From Pristiophorus japonicus (lineage: Eukaryota): DNA of 64,000 nt. Every line of letters begins with the position of its first letter. The first letter of the stretch is position 1. Both the position numbers and the translations under genes were made by a program. Positions 22,382 through 36,315 of this stretch are shown here, one piece after another. The stretch spans positions 5,146,001 to 5,210,000 of the forward strand of contig NC_091991.1 of assembly GCF_044704955.1 (NCBI RefSeq). Reading direction: 5' to 3'. The notes under the pieces were generated by a model. It was not told the origin of the DNA and made no database searches. It saw only the letters and a list, made by a program, of their open reading frames with translations.

Positions 22382-23959
22382 AGCCAGGTCCCACACACAG
22401 CAAGAATTGTGATCATCTGTTTCTGTGATATTAATTGAGGGAGAACTCCCCTGCTTAGTGTCGTTTTAGAACGAAAGACTTGCATTTATATAGCACCGTT
22501 CACAATCACAGCAATGAAATACTTTTTGAAGTGTAGTCACTGTTGTAATGTAGGAAACGCGGCAGCCAAGCACATAAGAACATAAGGCCCCTCGAGCCTG
22601 CTCCACCATTTAATACGATCATGGCTGATCCGATCATGGACTCGGGTCCACTTCCCTGCCCACTCCCCATAACCCCTTAATCCCTTATCAGTTAAGAAAC
22701 TGACTATCTCTGTCTTAAATGTTTTCAATATCCCAGCTTCCACAGCTCTCTGGGGCAGCGAAAAGGGAATAGAATAATATGCTGAAAGGCTCAGATGAGG
22801 CGGATGCAATGGGAGGAGACTCGTGCAGAGTATAAGCATTAGTTGTGCCGAATGGTCTGTTTCTGTGCTATATATTCTATCATTGTATAAAAGATGAGAA
22901 ATAAGAAGACTCGCATCCTTCATAAATATGAGCACATCCAAAACTCTGCATGTCCATAATCCTAACTCGCACCAAGTCCAGTTCATCCAACACCCCTATA
23001 CTCACTGACCTACTTTGGCTCCTGGTCTGACAAACACCTCATTTAAAAAACTCTCATCCTTTGTCTTCAAATCCATCCATAGCCTCAGCATTTCCTATCT
23101 CTGTAACCTTCTCCAGCCCTCCGAGATCTCTGCTCTCCATAATTCTGGCCTCTTGTCCATCCCTGATTTTCATCGCTCCACCATTTTCAGCCGTGCCTTC
23201 AGCTGTCAAGGCGCTGAGCACTGGAGTTCCCTTCCTAAACCTCGCCGGCTCTCTCTCCTCCTTTAAGATGCTCCTTAAAACCTATCTCTTTGACCAGGCC
23301 TTTGGTCATCTGTTCTAAAATCTCATGTTGCTCGGTGTCAAATTTTGTTTGATAATCGCCCCTGTGAAGTGCCTTGGAATGTTTTACTATGTTAAAGGCG
23401 CTATATAAATGCAAGTTGTTCTTGACCTAGGATGTGGAAAGAATGGTGCGAGAAATTTGCTGGGGAAAGGGGAGATTATCCACTTTGGCATTCCTGACAA
23501 TAGACAGGGGGCACATACAGGGCAATTGCCCACTCCCACTCTGTTAGTTTCTATTAACAATTTTTTGACTTATTTCCAGTTCTGATGAAAGATCCATATT
23601 GAAACTATTAACTTGGAACATAAGAATTAGGAGCCGGAGTAGGCCATACGGCCATTAAAATCTAACTCTGCATGCATATATATATTCCCATGTTTAAATT
23701 TATAATGGCAACTGCCTATGTGTCAGCCAGTTGCTCAGTAAGTAGCACCCCCGCCTCTGAGCCAAAGGGTTGTGAGTACACATTCCACTCCAGAGACTTG
23801 AGCACAATAAGCTAGGTTCATACTCCCAGACATCCCAAAGTACTTTATAGCCATTGAAGTACTTTTGAAGTGTAGACACTGTTATAATGTGGGAAATGCA
23901 GCAGCCATTTTGCACACAGCAAGCTCCCACAAACAGCAATGTGATAGTGAGCAGATAAT

Positions 23960-24405
23960 GTCAGCTGTGGCTCAGTGCGTAGCACACTCGCCTCTGAGTC
24001 AGAAGGTTACGGTTTCATGTCCCACTCCAGGGACTTGAGCACATAAATCTACGTTGACAATCCAGTGGAGTGTTGAGGGAGGGCTGCACTATCAGAGGTG
24101 CCGTCTTTCAGATGAGACGTTAAACCGAGGCCCTGTTGCTCCCTCGTAAAAGATCCCAAGGCACTATTTCAAAGAAGAGCAGAGTTATCCCTGGTGTCCT
24201 GGCCAATATCTATCCCTCAATCAACATAACAAAAAGATTATCTAGTTATTATCACATTGCTGTTTGTGGGAGCTTGCTGTGCGCAAATTGGCTGCCGTGT
24301 TTCTTACAACAGTGACTACACTTCAAAAGTACTTCATTGGCTGTAAAGCGCTTTGAAATGTCCGATGGTCATGAAAGGTGCTATATAAATGCAAGTCTTT
24401 CTTTC
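23960..24405 (+). mobile_element. Full-length DeuSINE (SacSINE1-like) nested in a minus-strand copy
   Basis: tRNA head, central domain and tail as above. Minus-strand SINE pieces lie at 23830-23960 and 24408-24575. Confidence 0.8.
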
Positions 24406-24631
24406 TAGATGTTGATTGAGGGGTAAATATTGGCCTCAGGACATTGGAGAGAACTCTCCTGCTCTTCTTCGAAATAGTGCCATAGGATCTTTTACATCTG
24501 CCTGAGAGAGCAGACGGGGCCTCGGTTTAAAGTCGCATCCAAAACTACAGCGCTCCCTCAGCACCGCACTGGAGTTATTGCCTAATCAGGATACCAGCTG
24601 ATGTTATCCTTTCTCCACACATGGTTCCAAA

Positions 24632-24892
24632 CCTGTCTCTCTTCCGCACCTACATCTGGGCCAGGGTGTCCTTGGAGATGGAGCACGCGGTGTCCACCGG
24701 TACGCTCGCGGCCTTCCGCGAGAGGTGGGCGCCGGAGGGACTGGAGGGCATCGTCACCCCCGGCAACCAAATTTTAATTTGATTTTATGTTTTAAAGTTT
24801 AATTTGTTTTAAATGCCGGTGTTTTTAGTGTCCCCCTCCCCTTTTATAGGGGGCACTTGTAAATTATATGATTTTAATGCCCCCAAAAAAAT
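24632..24892 (+). mobile_element. 5'-truncated Tx1-like LINE
   Basis: 14-bp TSD CACATGGTTCCAAA (24618-24631 and 24893-24906); homologous to ~40452-40690. Confidence 0.85.
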
Positions 24893-27202
24893 CACATGGT
24901 TCCAAATGCTGTTTGAACATTTTCAGCTGACAACTTTTTTTTCAGTGAAATTTCTGAAATAGGAGCTTAAATATTTTTTTTCCCCCAAAAAGAACATTTC
25001 ACAATAACATGATTACATTTATCCATTGAATTGTTGTTTTTTTTAATGTTTTTACTAAATTTTTTGCTTGAAGGCCTCAGCCTCTCCCAAAAGCCTGGGC
25101 GTGGATTTGACATTTTTGCTGTGAGATGCATTTGGATTGTGCAATCTCAGGCTGTGCAGTGTGCCTGTTAGGATATATCTGTACTGTTCAGTCAGTCGCA
25201 CTGATATTTTTGTTTAGCTTGGAGCAGTTTCTGGTCAGGTGTTTTTCCAAAATGATTTGAAAAAAAGCTAGAAGGCAAATATCAGAAGGTTTAATTATCC
25301 AGGTATCATGTTATATTGTGTGTTTTCTTAAGCGCATGTGTTAAAAAAAAGTGTACTGATTGCACACCTGTTTCAACTTTTGCGTTCGATGAACTTCAGA
25401 AAGCAGATTAAACCAAGTGACTTTCCTCGTGCAGATGTTCAATTTTAAAAAAAGGTTGAATTTTGAAGCTGTGTCTTGTTTAGTTAAAAAAGATACATGC
25501 TCTAATTGCTTATTCAGACAGAAATTCTAATTGTAAATATTTATGAGACAGAGTGTCATTCCTCATTCTAATTTGATTTATTTTTCAAAATAAAGCTGAA
25601 TTTTGAACGCAAACCAAACCTCAGAGGGAAACAGATAGGGAGGGAGGGTAGGAGGGAAACTCGTTAAGACAACCTCTCACCAACTGGCCTTCTGGGAAAC
25701 AAGTCGGAGCATGGTAAGTGGATGGCGGGGCGGGGAGGGGTTCATCATCATAGGCGGTCCCTCGTATCCATGGAGGGTTAGGGGCAAGGTGAGGTTACAG
25801 GGGTCAATTGGGTAGTTCAAAGGGGAAATGGTTTTGGTCATGATGGCAGTGAAAAGAAAGCAGGGTATTGGGAAGATGAAGGGGTAGGGGTAGGGGTTTG
25901 GATGGGAGTGAGAGGGTGGAGGGAAGCATGCGTGATGGGGAAGGAACCCATTGAGGGCCACATTTTCCATGTAGCTCCTTTCCACCCACTATCTACCATT
26001 TAAAAGGAAAGAAGAGGAACAGAAATAGACAGAAGAGGGCAGAGATAGAGGCGAAAATAGTTAGGGAGAAAGGAGAAGAAGAAAAACTTGCATTTATATA
26101 GTGCCTTTCACGACCACCAGACGTCTCGAGGCGCTTTATAGCCAATGAAGTACTTTTTGGAGTGTAGTCTCTGTTGTAATGTGGAAAACGAAAGGGAAAG
26201 AAGCAGATATTTGGGGAGCGGGCAGGGAAGTGGACCCGAGTCCATGATCGGATCAACCTTGATCGTATTAAATGGCGGAGCAGGCTCGAGGGACCGTATG
26301 GCCTACTCCTGCTCCTTATTTCTTAAGTTCTTATATTTCTAAGAATAGTTTTACTTGCATTGATTGTTAATGTTGTCTGGAGGTGTAAAGATTGGGACCT
26401 AGGGTTGGGAATCCAGGGGGAATATGGGCTGGATTCCAGGAGATAGTGAGGTCAGGGCTGTGGCTGGCAGGCGGTCAGATTGGGGCTGTGTCCAGGAGGC
26501 TGTAAGATCACTACTGAAATAAAAACATTTTGGAGTTTGTGCGTGTTACACTTTTCCTTCAGGCGACTATTAATTTCAAAAAATACAAGATTAAAATGTT
26601 ATGTCCTTAAATACTTGAATAATTAATTCACCAAACATTCCTCGCTGAAAAAACACAACTAATATCTCTGGGTTGTGAATCCTGCATTTGATAAATGGGG
26701 AAATCACACACAGACGTCGTAATTAAACAGATTTTCAATTTACTAACAATAACTTAGATGGACCAGAAAGGGAGTCAAGGGTTATGGGGAGCGGGCGGGA
26801 AGTGGAGTTGAGGCCAAGATCAGATCAGCCATGATCTTATTGAATGGCGGAGCAGACGCGAGGGGCTCTATGGCCATCTCCTGCTCCTATTTCTTATGTT
26901 CTTATGTACAAGCCCCAAATTATGCAATGCTACATATTCTCTTCAGAGAGATTTTAATATCAAAAAAAAAATCAAGATCATTATCACTACCATAGAATAA
27001 GTAAATATTGATGTTAATTGACACAAATTTGTATGGTACTTCTATGCTTTTGTACGTTTTACTAAAACAATTAAAATTCTGTACTACTGTGTTTTAAGTA
27101 GTAATACATCAATCACATGCAACAGATTGATATTTCTGCACAAACCACACAAGAATCAGCAAAATAGATTGACAAGATGACTGTACAGGGAGCTTCAGCA
27201 AT

Positions 27203-27495
27203 TCATTTCCCAAACTCATGCATTTTGTTGCGTCTTCTCAGCTCCATGGGTCCATGGGTTTCTGACAAATCTCCAAAGGCTTCATAATCCCCCTCGCTGT
27301 CCTCTGTGGAGATGCTGTACACAGACTCGGTCTCATCAAAAAATAATGTCGCAAACGGTTTACCAGTTATCGGATCAATATCCTCTAACGAATCTTCCTC
27401 ACTATCCGCAAAGATCCGATCTTCAGTCAGTTGTGTCTTTATCTCAATGTCCTGGACAAATTCTTCGAGATTCTCAGAGACAGGAACCAGTTCTT
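27203..27495 (-). CDS. RIC3/CCDC107-family protein, exon 6 (acidic tail ending MELRRRNKMHEFGK*)
   Basis: Pyrimidine-rich ctccag acceptor, phase 1, open frame to TGA at 27203-27205. The C-terminal LR[RK]R motif is typical of RIC3 and CCDC107. Confidence 0.88.
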
Positions 27496-27546
27496 CTGGA
27501 GTGGGGAGAAAAGGTTTAAATCACAATTCTAAACAGAAACTTTATA

Positions 27547-27878
27547 CAGGCAACTCCTGAATATCCGCACGCAGATGCAACGGGAAACGGCATTTAAAAT
27601 TCCGTCTGTCTCTCGCGGCCGCCGCTGACGTCGGAGTCCTTTCGGCCTGGGAAGGCAGCGCGCTTCGGAACCCCGGAGCTAGACAACCTCCTCCTCGAGA
27701 CCAACTGCATGCATGCTGGTAATGTCCATACGTAACTGCCTTGTTACTGTTTGTAGCTGATTGCACAGTATTTATTCATTGAAGTTTTAACTTTATAATG
27801 TCAACTCGCTCTAACGGAGAAATTGTTTACCCGGCATAGCCCAATCCCCAAGGGACCCGGATAATCGAGAGTTGCCTG
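27547..27878. mobile_element. Tc1/mariner (Tigger-like) MITE, 332 bp
   Basis: TA on both sides; TIRs CAGGCAACTCCTGAATATCCG and (reverse complement) CAGGCAACTCTCGATTATCCG. Confidence 0.85.
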
Positions 27879-28282
27879 TATTTTTAATTATATAAGACTA
27901 TATTTCACTGGTATGAAAGTACCACAGATTCATAAGATAAATCTGAAGTTTTTTATTAATATTCTTCCTAAATTTCTCCATTAATTCCTCAAGTAACCAT
28001 CTCTTTAAAAAAGGATATTTTAAGCTTTTTCATACAATAGGATCATTTAAAAATATCAGATTACCATTATGTTCTGGGAACAATAATAACTTGTATTTAT
28101 ATAGCGCCTTTAATGTAGTAAAACGTCCCAAGGTGCTTCACAGGAGCGATCAGACAAAATTTGGCACCGAGCATTCAAAATGGAGATCCTCCACAAGTAC
28201 AACTAAGATAGTGATGTACATCAATTTATCTTAATTGTTTTAAAACCTCAACACTTTATTGCATATACACCAATCATTTTAC

Positions 28283-28380
28283 CATCAAAATTCGGTTCCT
28301 GCCTCTCTTTCATCAGCTGCCTTATTTGCTGAAGCTGTGTCATAATTTCATTCTTCTGCTCAGAAGCGACGGCATCAACA
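28283..28380 (-). CDS. RIC3/CCDC107-family protein, exon 5 (CVDAVASEQKNEIMTQLQQIRQLMKERQEPNFD)
   Basis: gacag acceptor and gtaaaa donor; 98 nt, phase 2/1; coiled-coil pattern. Confidence 0.88.
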
Positions 28381-28554
28381 CTGTCGTGGATGTAAATCAA
28401 TAAGTAAGACTGAGCTGCTAAAGTTAAACAGGGTTAAAGGCATTAAATGGCACAGCAGTTCATCAATATACATAGGAAACGCGGTTGGGTCTTGCAAACT
28501 AAGCATCATATTGCATAATTTACAACTAATTGTGTAACCACTACACTGTTGTAC

Positions 28555-29010
28555 AGTTTTTCCCCAGACTGATTCCTGGGATGGGGGGATTGTCCTATGA
28601 GGAGAGTTTGAACAGACTGGGCCTATATTCACTAGAGTTTAGAAGAATGAGAGGTGATCTCATTGAAACATATAAAATTCTTATAGGGCTCGACAGGGTA
28701 GATGCAGGGAGGATGTTTCCCCTGGCTGGAGAGTCCAGAACCAGAGGTCATAGTCTCAGGATAAAGGGGTCGGCCATTTAGGACTGAGATGAGGAGAAAC
28801 TTCTTCTCTAAAAGGGTGGTGAATCTCTGGAATTCTCTTCCCCAGAGGGCTGTGGAGGCTCAGTCGTTGGATATATTCAAGACAGAGATAGATAGATTTT
28901 TGAATATTAAGGGAATCAAGGGATATGGGGATCGGGCGGGAAAGTGGAGTTGAGGTCGAAGATCAGCCGTGATCTTACTGAATGGCGGAGCAGGCTCGAG
29001 GGGCTGAATT
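28555..29010 (+). mobile_element. CR1 3' fragment
   Basis: ORF 28530..28781 carries LGLYSLEFRRMRGDLIETYKIL. Confidence 0.85.
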
Positions 29011-29699
29011 ATTGTAATCATAAGAGCTGCTAGGAATTTAAAAAAATATATTTATTCGTGGGATATGGGCGTCGCTGGCAAGACTAGCATTTATTGCCCA
29101 TCCCTCAAGGGGCACTACTTCAAGTATTTCATTCTTTTAAAAAAAGATCAAAACAGTTGGACCCTTGGTTGGCATAAGTCAATACTTCACGGTGAACAAG
29201 TTCCACTCCTGACAGCAACATATTTTTGTTTCCAATGCTTTTTCTTTTGTTTAAACAAAGTTCCGTAACTGTGTTATATATTGTGAATGTAAACCCTGCA
29301 ATTTAACATGTTTTAGCAAAAGTTAATCATAAAAAAGAAACATTCATAGACAACTCCTGAAAAACTTAGTGCGAGATAAGAACATCAAGTAATCGTGGGT
29401 AATTCAAAGATCAATTTAGGGGAGAGCTGCTTGCCACAATACTGCTGTGTTGGGATCTCAACTAAAGACATCAAAACTCTACCTCAACTGAGCTTAGCCC
29501 TGGATGGAGAGGGGAGGCTTTGTTACTTTGGCCAAGCCAATTTTTGATAACTAGCAGGTCAACTGTGAAATTTCACTCTCGACATTCCTTTCCTTCCTCT
29601 CTCAATGGACGTGGAGCAACTGTGAAAGAGAGTCCCAGTCTTTAGTAACTTTACCCAACTTAGTTCCACAAGAGACCCCAGTGTGCTGCCACTCACCCC

Positions 29700-29955
29700 C
29701 ACCCATCCAACTCTTGTGCTTCTCTCCACACCTTCTCCAAAACTTGTGTCTCTCTCCCCCTGCTCATCCCAACTCTTGTATCCCTCACCCCTGCTCATCT
29801 CAACTCGTGTCTTTCTCCCCCCGCTTATCCCAACTCGCGTCTCTCTCGCCCTGCTCATCCCAATTCGTGTCTCTCTCGCCCTGCTCATCCCAACTCTTGT
29901 GTCCCTCTCTCCTCCCTGCACATCTCAACTCTTGTGTCTCTCTCCCCTTGCTCGG
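29700..29955. repeat. ~30-bp pyrimidine-rich minisatellite, about 8 units
   Basis: CTGCTCATCCCAACTCTTGTGTCTCTCTCCC-like unit repeated. Confidence 0.8.
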
Positions 29956-30637
29956 GTGCCGATGAGTAGACCGTTGAAGAGGCAGGACATATTGCAGAGA
30001 TGGAACTAGGCAGTCTTGGCGATTGACTGCTAATGGAATTTGTAGCTCAGCTTAGGGACAAACAGCACGCTAAGTTTACGCATTGTCAAGTGCAGCCTGA
30101 ACACGCAACCAGGAAGGAGGGGTGGAATCAGGGCCTGGAATGTGGAGGTTATGGTGAGAACCAAACCAGATAGTTTTGGTCTAGCCAAAGTTTAATTGGT
30201 GCAAAGTTCTAGCTCATCAACAATTTGACATTAGCATGGCAATGATCAAAGTCAAGGGTGATGGCAGAGAGCTTGGTGTCATTGTCTATGTATAGAAGCT
30301 GACTCCGTGCTCATGGATGATGTCTTCAGCAGGCAGTGTGTACAAGACGAAAGGGAAAGGAGCCAAGGATTGAACCTTGGGATACACTGGAGGTGGACAC
30401 AAGGGGAGGGCACTGCAGGAGGTCAGGAAGGTAGGAATGGAAACTGAGAGGGAACCTTGAAAGCAGATGCCAAGGAGCTGAATCACAGAGGAGAAACAAT
30501 GGAGGATAGAAGTCACCGAGAGGTCGAGGTGCGATAATGCGCTGGTTAGAAAATGAGGAAGTTCAACAAAATCAAACCAATATTTAGGGTGAGAAACAGA
30601 ACAAAAAATCCTCAGCGGAACAGCAACGATCACTTAC

Positions 30638-30728
30638 CAGTTGGTGAGAGGATCCAACTCTTTTACTAATGAGTCCAGCATTCTCTCCGTCTGTGCCAAA
30701 CGCATCTCCAGTTCAGAAAGCTGATTTT
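30638..30728 (-). CDS. RIC3/CCDC107-family protein, exon 4 (ENQLSELEMRLAQTERMLDSLVKELDPLTN)
   Basis: tactag acceptor and gtaagt donor; 91 nt, phase 1/2. Aligns by eye with recalled human CCDC107 EQQLAQLTQQLAQTEQHLNNLMAQLDPL. Confidence 0.9.
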
Positions 30729-31548
30729 CTAGTACAAAAGTTTCTTAAGTTACTAAAAAATTAACTAGAGCTGCTTGCAGTCCAAGTATTATTATGCAGT
30801 GGTCACCCTTAACTCAGCTGGTGGCACTCTCGCCATTTGAATCAGGTCATGGGTTCAAGCCCCATTCCAGAGACTTGAGTGCATAATCTAGGCTGACACT
30901 TCAGTGCAGTTCCTGTACTGAGAGATTTCCATTCCCCCTCCCAAAAAACCTTCTTTAAATTCATTCCCGGGATGTGGACGTCACTGGCAAGGCCGGCATT
31001 TATTGCCCATCTCTAGTTTACCTCGAGAAGGTGGTGGTGAGCCGCCTTCTTGAACCGCTGCAGTCTGTGTGGTGAAGGTGCTCCCACAGTGCCGTTAGGA
31101 AGGGAGTTCCAGGATTGTGACCCAGCCACGACGGAGGGACGGTCGACATATTTCCAAATCGGGACTGTGTGTGACTGGGAGGGGAACGTGGGAGGTGATG
31201 CCGCTCTCATGCACCTGCTGCCCTTATCAGGTACAACCTTTCTAGATTCTGCCCAATAGTTAACGTATGGCATGCCTCTTCTGGTGCAGACTGGTTAATA
31301 AATAATAAATAATTACTCACAATTAAGATGAGCGATGCAGAATCCAAGCAGTTTAGCTAATCAACATCACACATGCAGGGGAGGAAAGAACATGCCCACC
31401 AACACAGACAGCTGAGTAACTTGGGTCACCGGTACTGAGTAACACAGATTTCAGTCAAATCAAAGCTGTGCACCAAACTGCGCCAGATTTCACTGCAAAA
31501 ATGTGGCAAATAATAATTACCTGCGCGATTAGCTTAAAAAGTGTATAC

Positions 31549-31621
31549 CTGTATTTTTCCTCTTATTGTCAACCTCCTTATTTTTCTCATTGCTTAATTT
31601 TTCATTTTCATTGAATTTTGT
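31549..31621 (-). CDS. RIC3/CCDC107-family protein, exon 3 (TKFNENEKLSNEKNKEVDNKRKNT)
   Basis: ttttcag acceptor and gtatac donor; 73 nt, phase 0/1. Confidence 0.85.
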
Positions 31622-32395
31622 CTGAAAAGGCAGACAAGATATTTCAAACAATGATAGGAATTACAGTTAGCACGATAAAACCCTTACAAAAACTGCAAGC
31701 TATTTTTCCTGCAATTACTATTTACATGTCACTGGCTCAGTGGGCAGCACGCTCGCCTCCGAGTCAGACGGTTGTGGGTTCAAGTCCCACTCCAGAGACT
31801 TGAGCACAAAATTCCAGGCCGACACCGCAGGGTAGTACTGATGGAGTGCTGCACTGACGGAGATGCTGAATTTCAGATGAGATGCTAAAACCGAGGCCTC
31901 GTCTGCTCTCTCAAGACGGACGTAAAAGATCCCATGGCACTATTTCGAAGAAGAGCAGGGGAGTTATCCCTGATAATATTTGTCCAACAATCAACATCAC
32001 AAAGAAACAGATTATCCTGGTCATTATCACATTACAACAGTGATTACACTTCAAAAAGTACTTCATTGGCTGTAACCTGCTTTGGGATGTCCTGAGGTCA
32101 TGAAAGACGCGATATAAATGCAAATGCAAATTTTATAAAATCCTTACAGAAACTGCAAGCTATTTTTCTTCCTTTAGGACGGCTAGATCGTTGATTTTTA
32201 GCAGTAAATTCTAGACTGGATCCTCTGTAAAATGGAAACAGGCTGCCCAGGATCAGAGCACATATTCTTGGCATCGCTTTTTCAGATGAGACTTTAAAGT
32301 AAGACTCGTTCAGGTGGACGTTAAAGCTCCCATGGCGCCACTTGAAGACGAGCAGGGGAGCAGTTAGCGCTCAATTAAGACCACCAAAACAGATC

Positions 32396-33099
32396 GGGCC
32401 TAAAATTGCGGTCAGAGGCTTCCTTCGTACAAACGCCCCCGACCCGAACAAAATCTACGAATCTATACCTGTTGGTCCCGGAGAAACGCAGGATCCCGGT
32501 CGGAGGCCTAGATTCGCTGCGCACCACAGGGGGCCTGTCTTTGAGGTACGTACGTCCAAGCTGGAGTCACGTGAGCCTGGACAACCAATCACATTGATGA
32601 TAATGGGAAGTCCGTTTGTGCAAGTTCCCATTGCTATCAATGAGAAAACCCCTTAAAGCACTCAAACACAACATAATAAATAAGTAAAACACCTCGCATA
32701 TTTAAAATTAATTGCAATTAAAGTTAATTAAATGTTTAAAAAAAAATTGGAAGGAATTTTTTTAAATATGTTTTAAAACGGTTTAAAATAAACTTACCTT
32801 AATGGACAGGGTTTTTAAACATAAAAATGTGTTTTTAAATTTAATTTTCATATGTTTTAAAACTCTTACACTGGTAAAAGTAAGCTATGTGCCTGCTTTC
32901 ACCAGGCGTAAGAGTTTGAAGCACAATTTCACCCACGCAGATGTACTTCTCCCGGGGATGCGTTTGTTGTGACAAGACAAATCTAGACAGATCGGAAAAG
33001 CCGGTTTTCAGCGCATGCGCATCGCGCCCAGAAAACCCGCTTTTGCGTGGCCTCTGTGAGCACTCCGTACCGACCTGGTGAGGACGGAATTTTAGCCCC
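32396..33099. mobile_element. Non-autonomous TIR DNA transposon inserted into a DeuSINE
   Basis: Termini GGGCCTAAAATTGCGGTC and GACGGAATTTTAGCCCC, similar to those of 17860-18834. SINE sequence is present on both sides. Confidence 0.65.
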
Positions 33100-33551
33100 G
33101 TTAATTGATCATTTATCTCACTGCTGTCTGTGGGACCTTGCTGTGCACAATTTGGCATCGTTGCTTGCTTACAAACGTCTACACTTCAAAAAGTAATTCA
33201 CTGGCTGTAGGGCACTTTGGAAAGTTCCGTGGATGTGAAAGGTACTATATAAATGCAGGTTCCTTCCTTATTTTGGTGCTGTGGCTTACCCTACTTAAAT
33301 AAAGTTACGTTCCACGTCCAGCACTGGGGATAAAACAGGCAATCCGATGGGGGTAATGCTGCCAGGAAAACTTGCTGCTTCAAAGGATTTTGGCTTTTGA
33401 AATTATTCTGTGGGATAAGAGGTACAAATGCTGAACGTGATTTCTTTCTACACTATTTCAGCAGAGGCTTTAACCTATTATGGGACAATGCCTCCAATTA
33501 AATAAAGGGCAGAGGAATCTCAGATGGAGACATTAAGCCTTTTTGCTTGCT

Positions 33552-33875
33552 GGGGTAATGTAGTGGTTACGTTACAGGATTAGTCATCATCCGAGGCCTG
33601 GACTAATAATCCAGAGAGCATGAGTTCAAATCCCACTATGTCAGTTTGAGAATTTGAATTCAGTTCTTTAAAAAAAAAAAATCTGGAAATAAAAAGCTGG
33701 TATCAGTAAAAGTGAAGCTGTCAGATTGTCGTAAAACCCAACTGGTTCACTAATGTCCCTCGGGGAAGGAATCCTGCCATCCTTACCCAGTCTGGCCTAT
33801 ATGTGACTCCAGTCCCACACCAACATGGATGAGTAACTGCCCTCTGAAAGTGGCCTAGCAAGCCCCTCAGTTGAA
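33552..33875 (+). mobile_element. Second tRNA-derived SINE family (fragments also at ~3425-3625 and ~16745-16935)
   Basis: B-box GAGTTCAAATCCC; body CTGGTTCACTAATGTCC...GGAAGGAA...GTGACTCCAG. Confidence 0.65.
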
Positions 33876-35432
33876 TCAATCCACTACAACAAAGTGTCCC
33901 ACCACCGTTTGCTCAGGGCAGGATCGTTCCAAGACTGAGATCGTTAAGATTTTTTGTTCGGTAAGGGTATCGAGGGAGCAAAGGCAGGGAGATGGAGTTG
34001 AGGTGCAGATCAGCCATGATGGTGGAGCAGGCAAGAGGGGCTGAATGGCCTGCTCCTGCTCCAAACCAAGGATGGTGAATAAATGTGACGACCACGTCCT
34101 GACAGTGAATTAAATAAAATGTACAAGATGTTGCAGCAGAGTCCTGAGCAAGTGGCATTTGATTGTAGCTTGGAATGTGATGTAGTGCAGCGGATGGGAG
34201 ACAGGATCGCTAGTTGGCACACCACAATGCTCTTAGAGAATCTCTTCTGTACCATCTCCATGACCTACACATCCTTACTAAAGTAGGGTGCCCAACAGAC
34301 ATAGTATTCTAATTGTAACCTAACTAATGATTGTCATCATCATCATAGGCAGTCCCTCGGAATCGAGGAAGACTTGCTTCCACTCTTAAAGCGAGTCCTT
34401 AGGTGGCTGAACAGTCCAATACGAGAACCACAGTCCCTGTCACAGGTGGGGCAGATAGTCGTTGAGGGAAGGGGTGGGTGGGACTGGTTTGCCGCACGCT
34501 CCTTCCGCTGCCTGCGCTTGGTTTCTGCATGCTCTCGGCGATGAGATTGAATCTACAAGTTTGGCATTACCACTTTGCTTTTGTACTCTATGCCTCTTAA
34601 TATAAAGCCTAGGATTCCACATGCTTTAATCAACCTATCTTCCTACTCTTAATGATTTGTGTATCTGAACAACAACTTGTATTTATATAGCACCTTTAAT
34701 GTAGTAAAACATCCCAAGGCGCTTCACAGGAGAGTTATAAAACAAAATGTTATATGTAGCCACTGTTGTACTGTCGGAATATATTGAGATCAATGATTTT
34801 AACATTGTCCCCATCACTATTTACATTCTTCCAGTCCAAACCACATCCAACAGCCGATGTTCCCGCTAAGCTGCGTGCTCGGCCGTGTGGTCATTGTAAG
34901 ATCCCACGCAGGCCGCTCACCAGCTCGTCCATTGTAAATACCGCGCAGAACTTTAAAGGGACTGTGCAGAGCAAAGCACAACGTACAGGGAACATTGGCA
35001 ATATCCGCTAGCCTCTGGTTAGCCAAATTTCCATCCATTCTGCCACATATTGTACATTATACATTTAGTTGTGAAATTGTAAATACTACACAGGTATTGA
35101 CAAATAACAAATATGTTTTGTTACACTGGAAAAGAACTATCACAGACAAAAAACCCCAAAAACTTCTATACACATGGATCATGGACCAACACAGTACAAA
35201 GAGCGAGTCCCTTCCAGTTTTATTTGCATTATTGTCACCTTGCCCGGTGAGAAAACATTAGAAAATCAGGAAATGTAAACACTTTGACAATTCAGTGGCA
35301 ACGGTGAGCAGCATTTACAAGCATTCTTCGTTACAGTATTATGTTACTAACAGATACCCACAAAATATTTGCGGTCAAATTAGTATCTTTATTGCAACAG
35401 TACTTGTTTAGATATCATTCTTTTCGTCTATA

Positions 35433-36059
35433 GAATCAATAATGATGTCCTCCCTCCCTCCTCCTCCTTCGCTCCCTCTCCCCCTCCCATCCACTCACTC
35501 TCTCCCTCCCTCTGTCCTTCTCTCTCCCTCCCTCTGTCCATCTCTCTCCCTCCCTCTGTCCATCTCTCTCCCTCCCTCTGTCCATCTCTCTCCCTCCCTC
35601 TGTCCATCTCTCTCCCTCCCTCTGTCCATCTCTCTCCCTCCCCCTCCCACCCACCCTCTCCCTCCATCCATCTCTCTCCCTCCATCCCACCCACCCATTC
35701 GCTCCCTCCCTCCATCCGTCTCTCTCCCTCCCCCTCCCACTCTCTTCCTCCGTCCGTCTCTCTCCCTCCCACCCACTCTCTCCCTCCCCCTCCCACCCAC
35801 CCTCTCTCCCCGTCCCACTCACTCACTCTCTTCCTCCCTCCCTCCCCCTTCCACTCTCTTCTTCCTTCTCTCTCACCCACCACTCCCGCCACGTGCTCCT
35901 CTCGGCTCCGCAGCAATGCCCGGGGAGGATCCAACCCCCCCTGCCTGCACCCACTAGGTGGGAGAGGGAGGGAGAGAGATGGAGGGAGGGGGAGAGGGAG
36001 AGAAGGAGGGGGGGGGGAAAGTGAGAGAGAGGAGGGAGGGAGGACATCATTATTGATTC
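35433..36059. repeat. Low-complexity CT/GA tract bounded by a perfect 31-bp inverted repeat
   Basis: GAATCAATAATGATGTCCTCCCTCCCTCCTC (35433-35463) and its exact reverse complement at 36029-36059. Confidence 0.85.
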
Positions 36060-36315
36060 GCATCCACTGCCACCTCCTCATTGGAGCAGACTCAGCGCCA
36101 CTAAAACTTTTAAAATTCGCGCCATCACTCCCTGCCCTGATTGGTTGCGGGGCTGGGCAGGCCCTGATCACCCATTGGTCAGTGCAACTGTCCCTCAGTC
36201 CGGACCACGTGCTCCCGCAACGCCTCCCCCCCCCCCCGCCCCCCCGCCTCAGGACAGACAAAAACTGACCTTTATTATTATAGATTTATAAAGTGCACTA
36301 CAGTGATGGGCTTAC

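Noticed and set aside
23960-24035. tRNA-like sequences here and at ~11020-11087, ~31730-31800 and ~41585-41650
   Set aside because: SINE heads continuing into SINE bodies, not tRNA genes.
35428-36261. 277-aa Gly/Glu/Arg-rich ORF
   Set aside because: GA-rich simple sequence in an intron.
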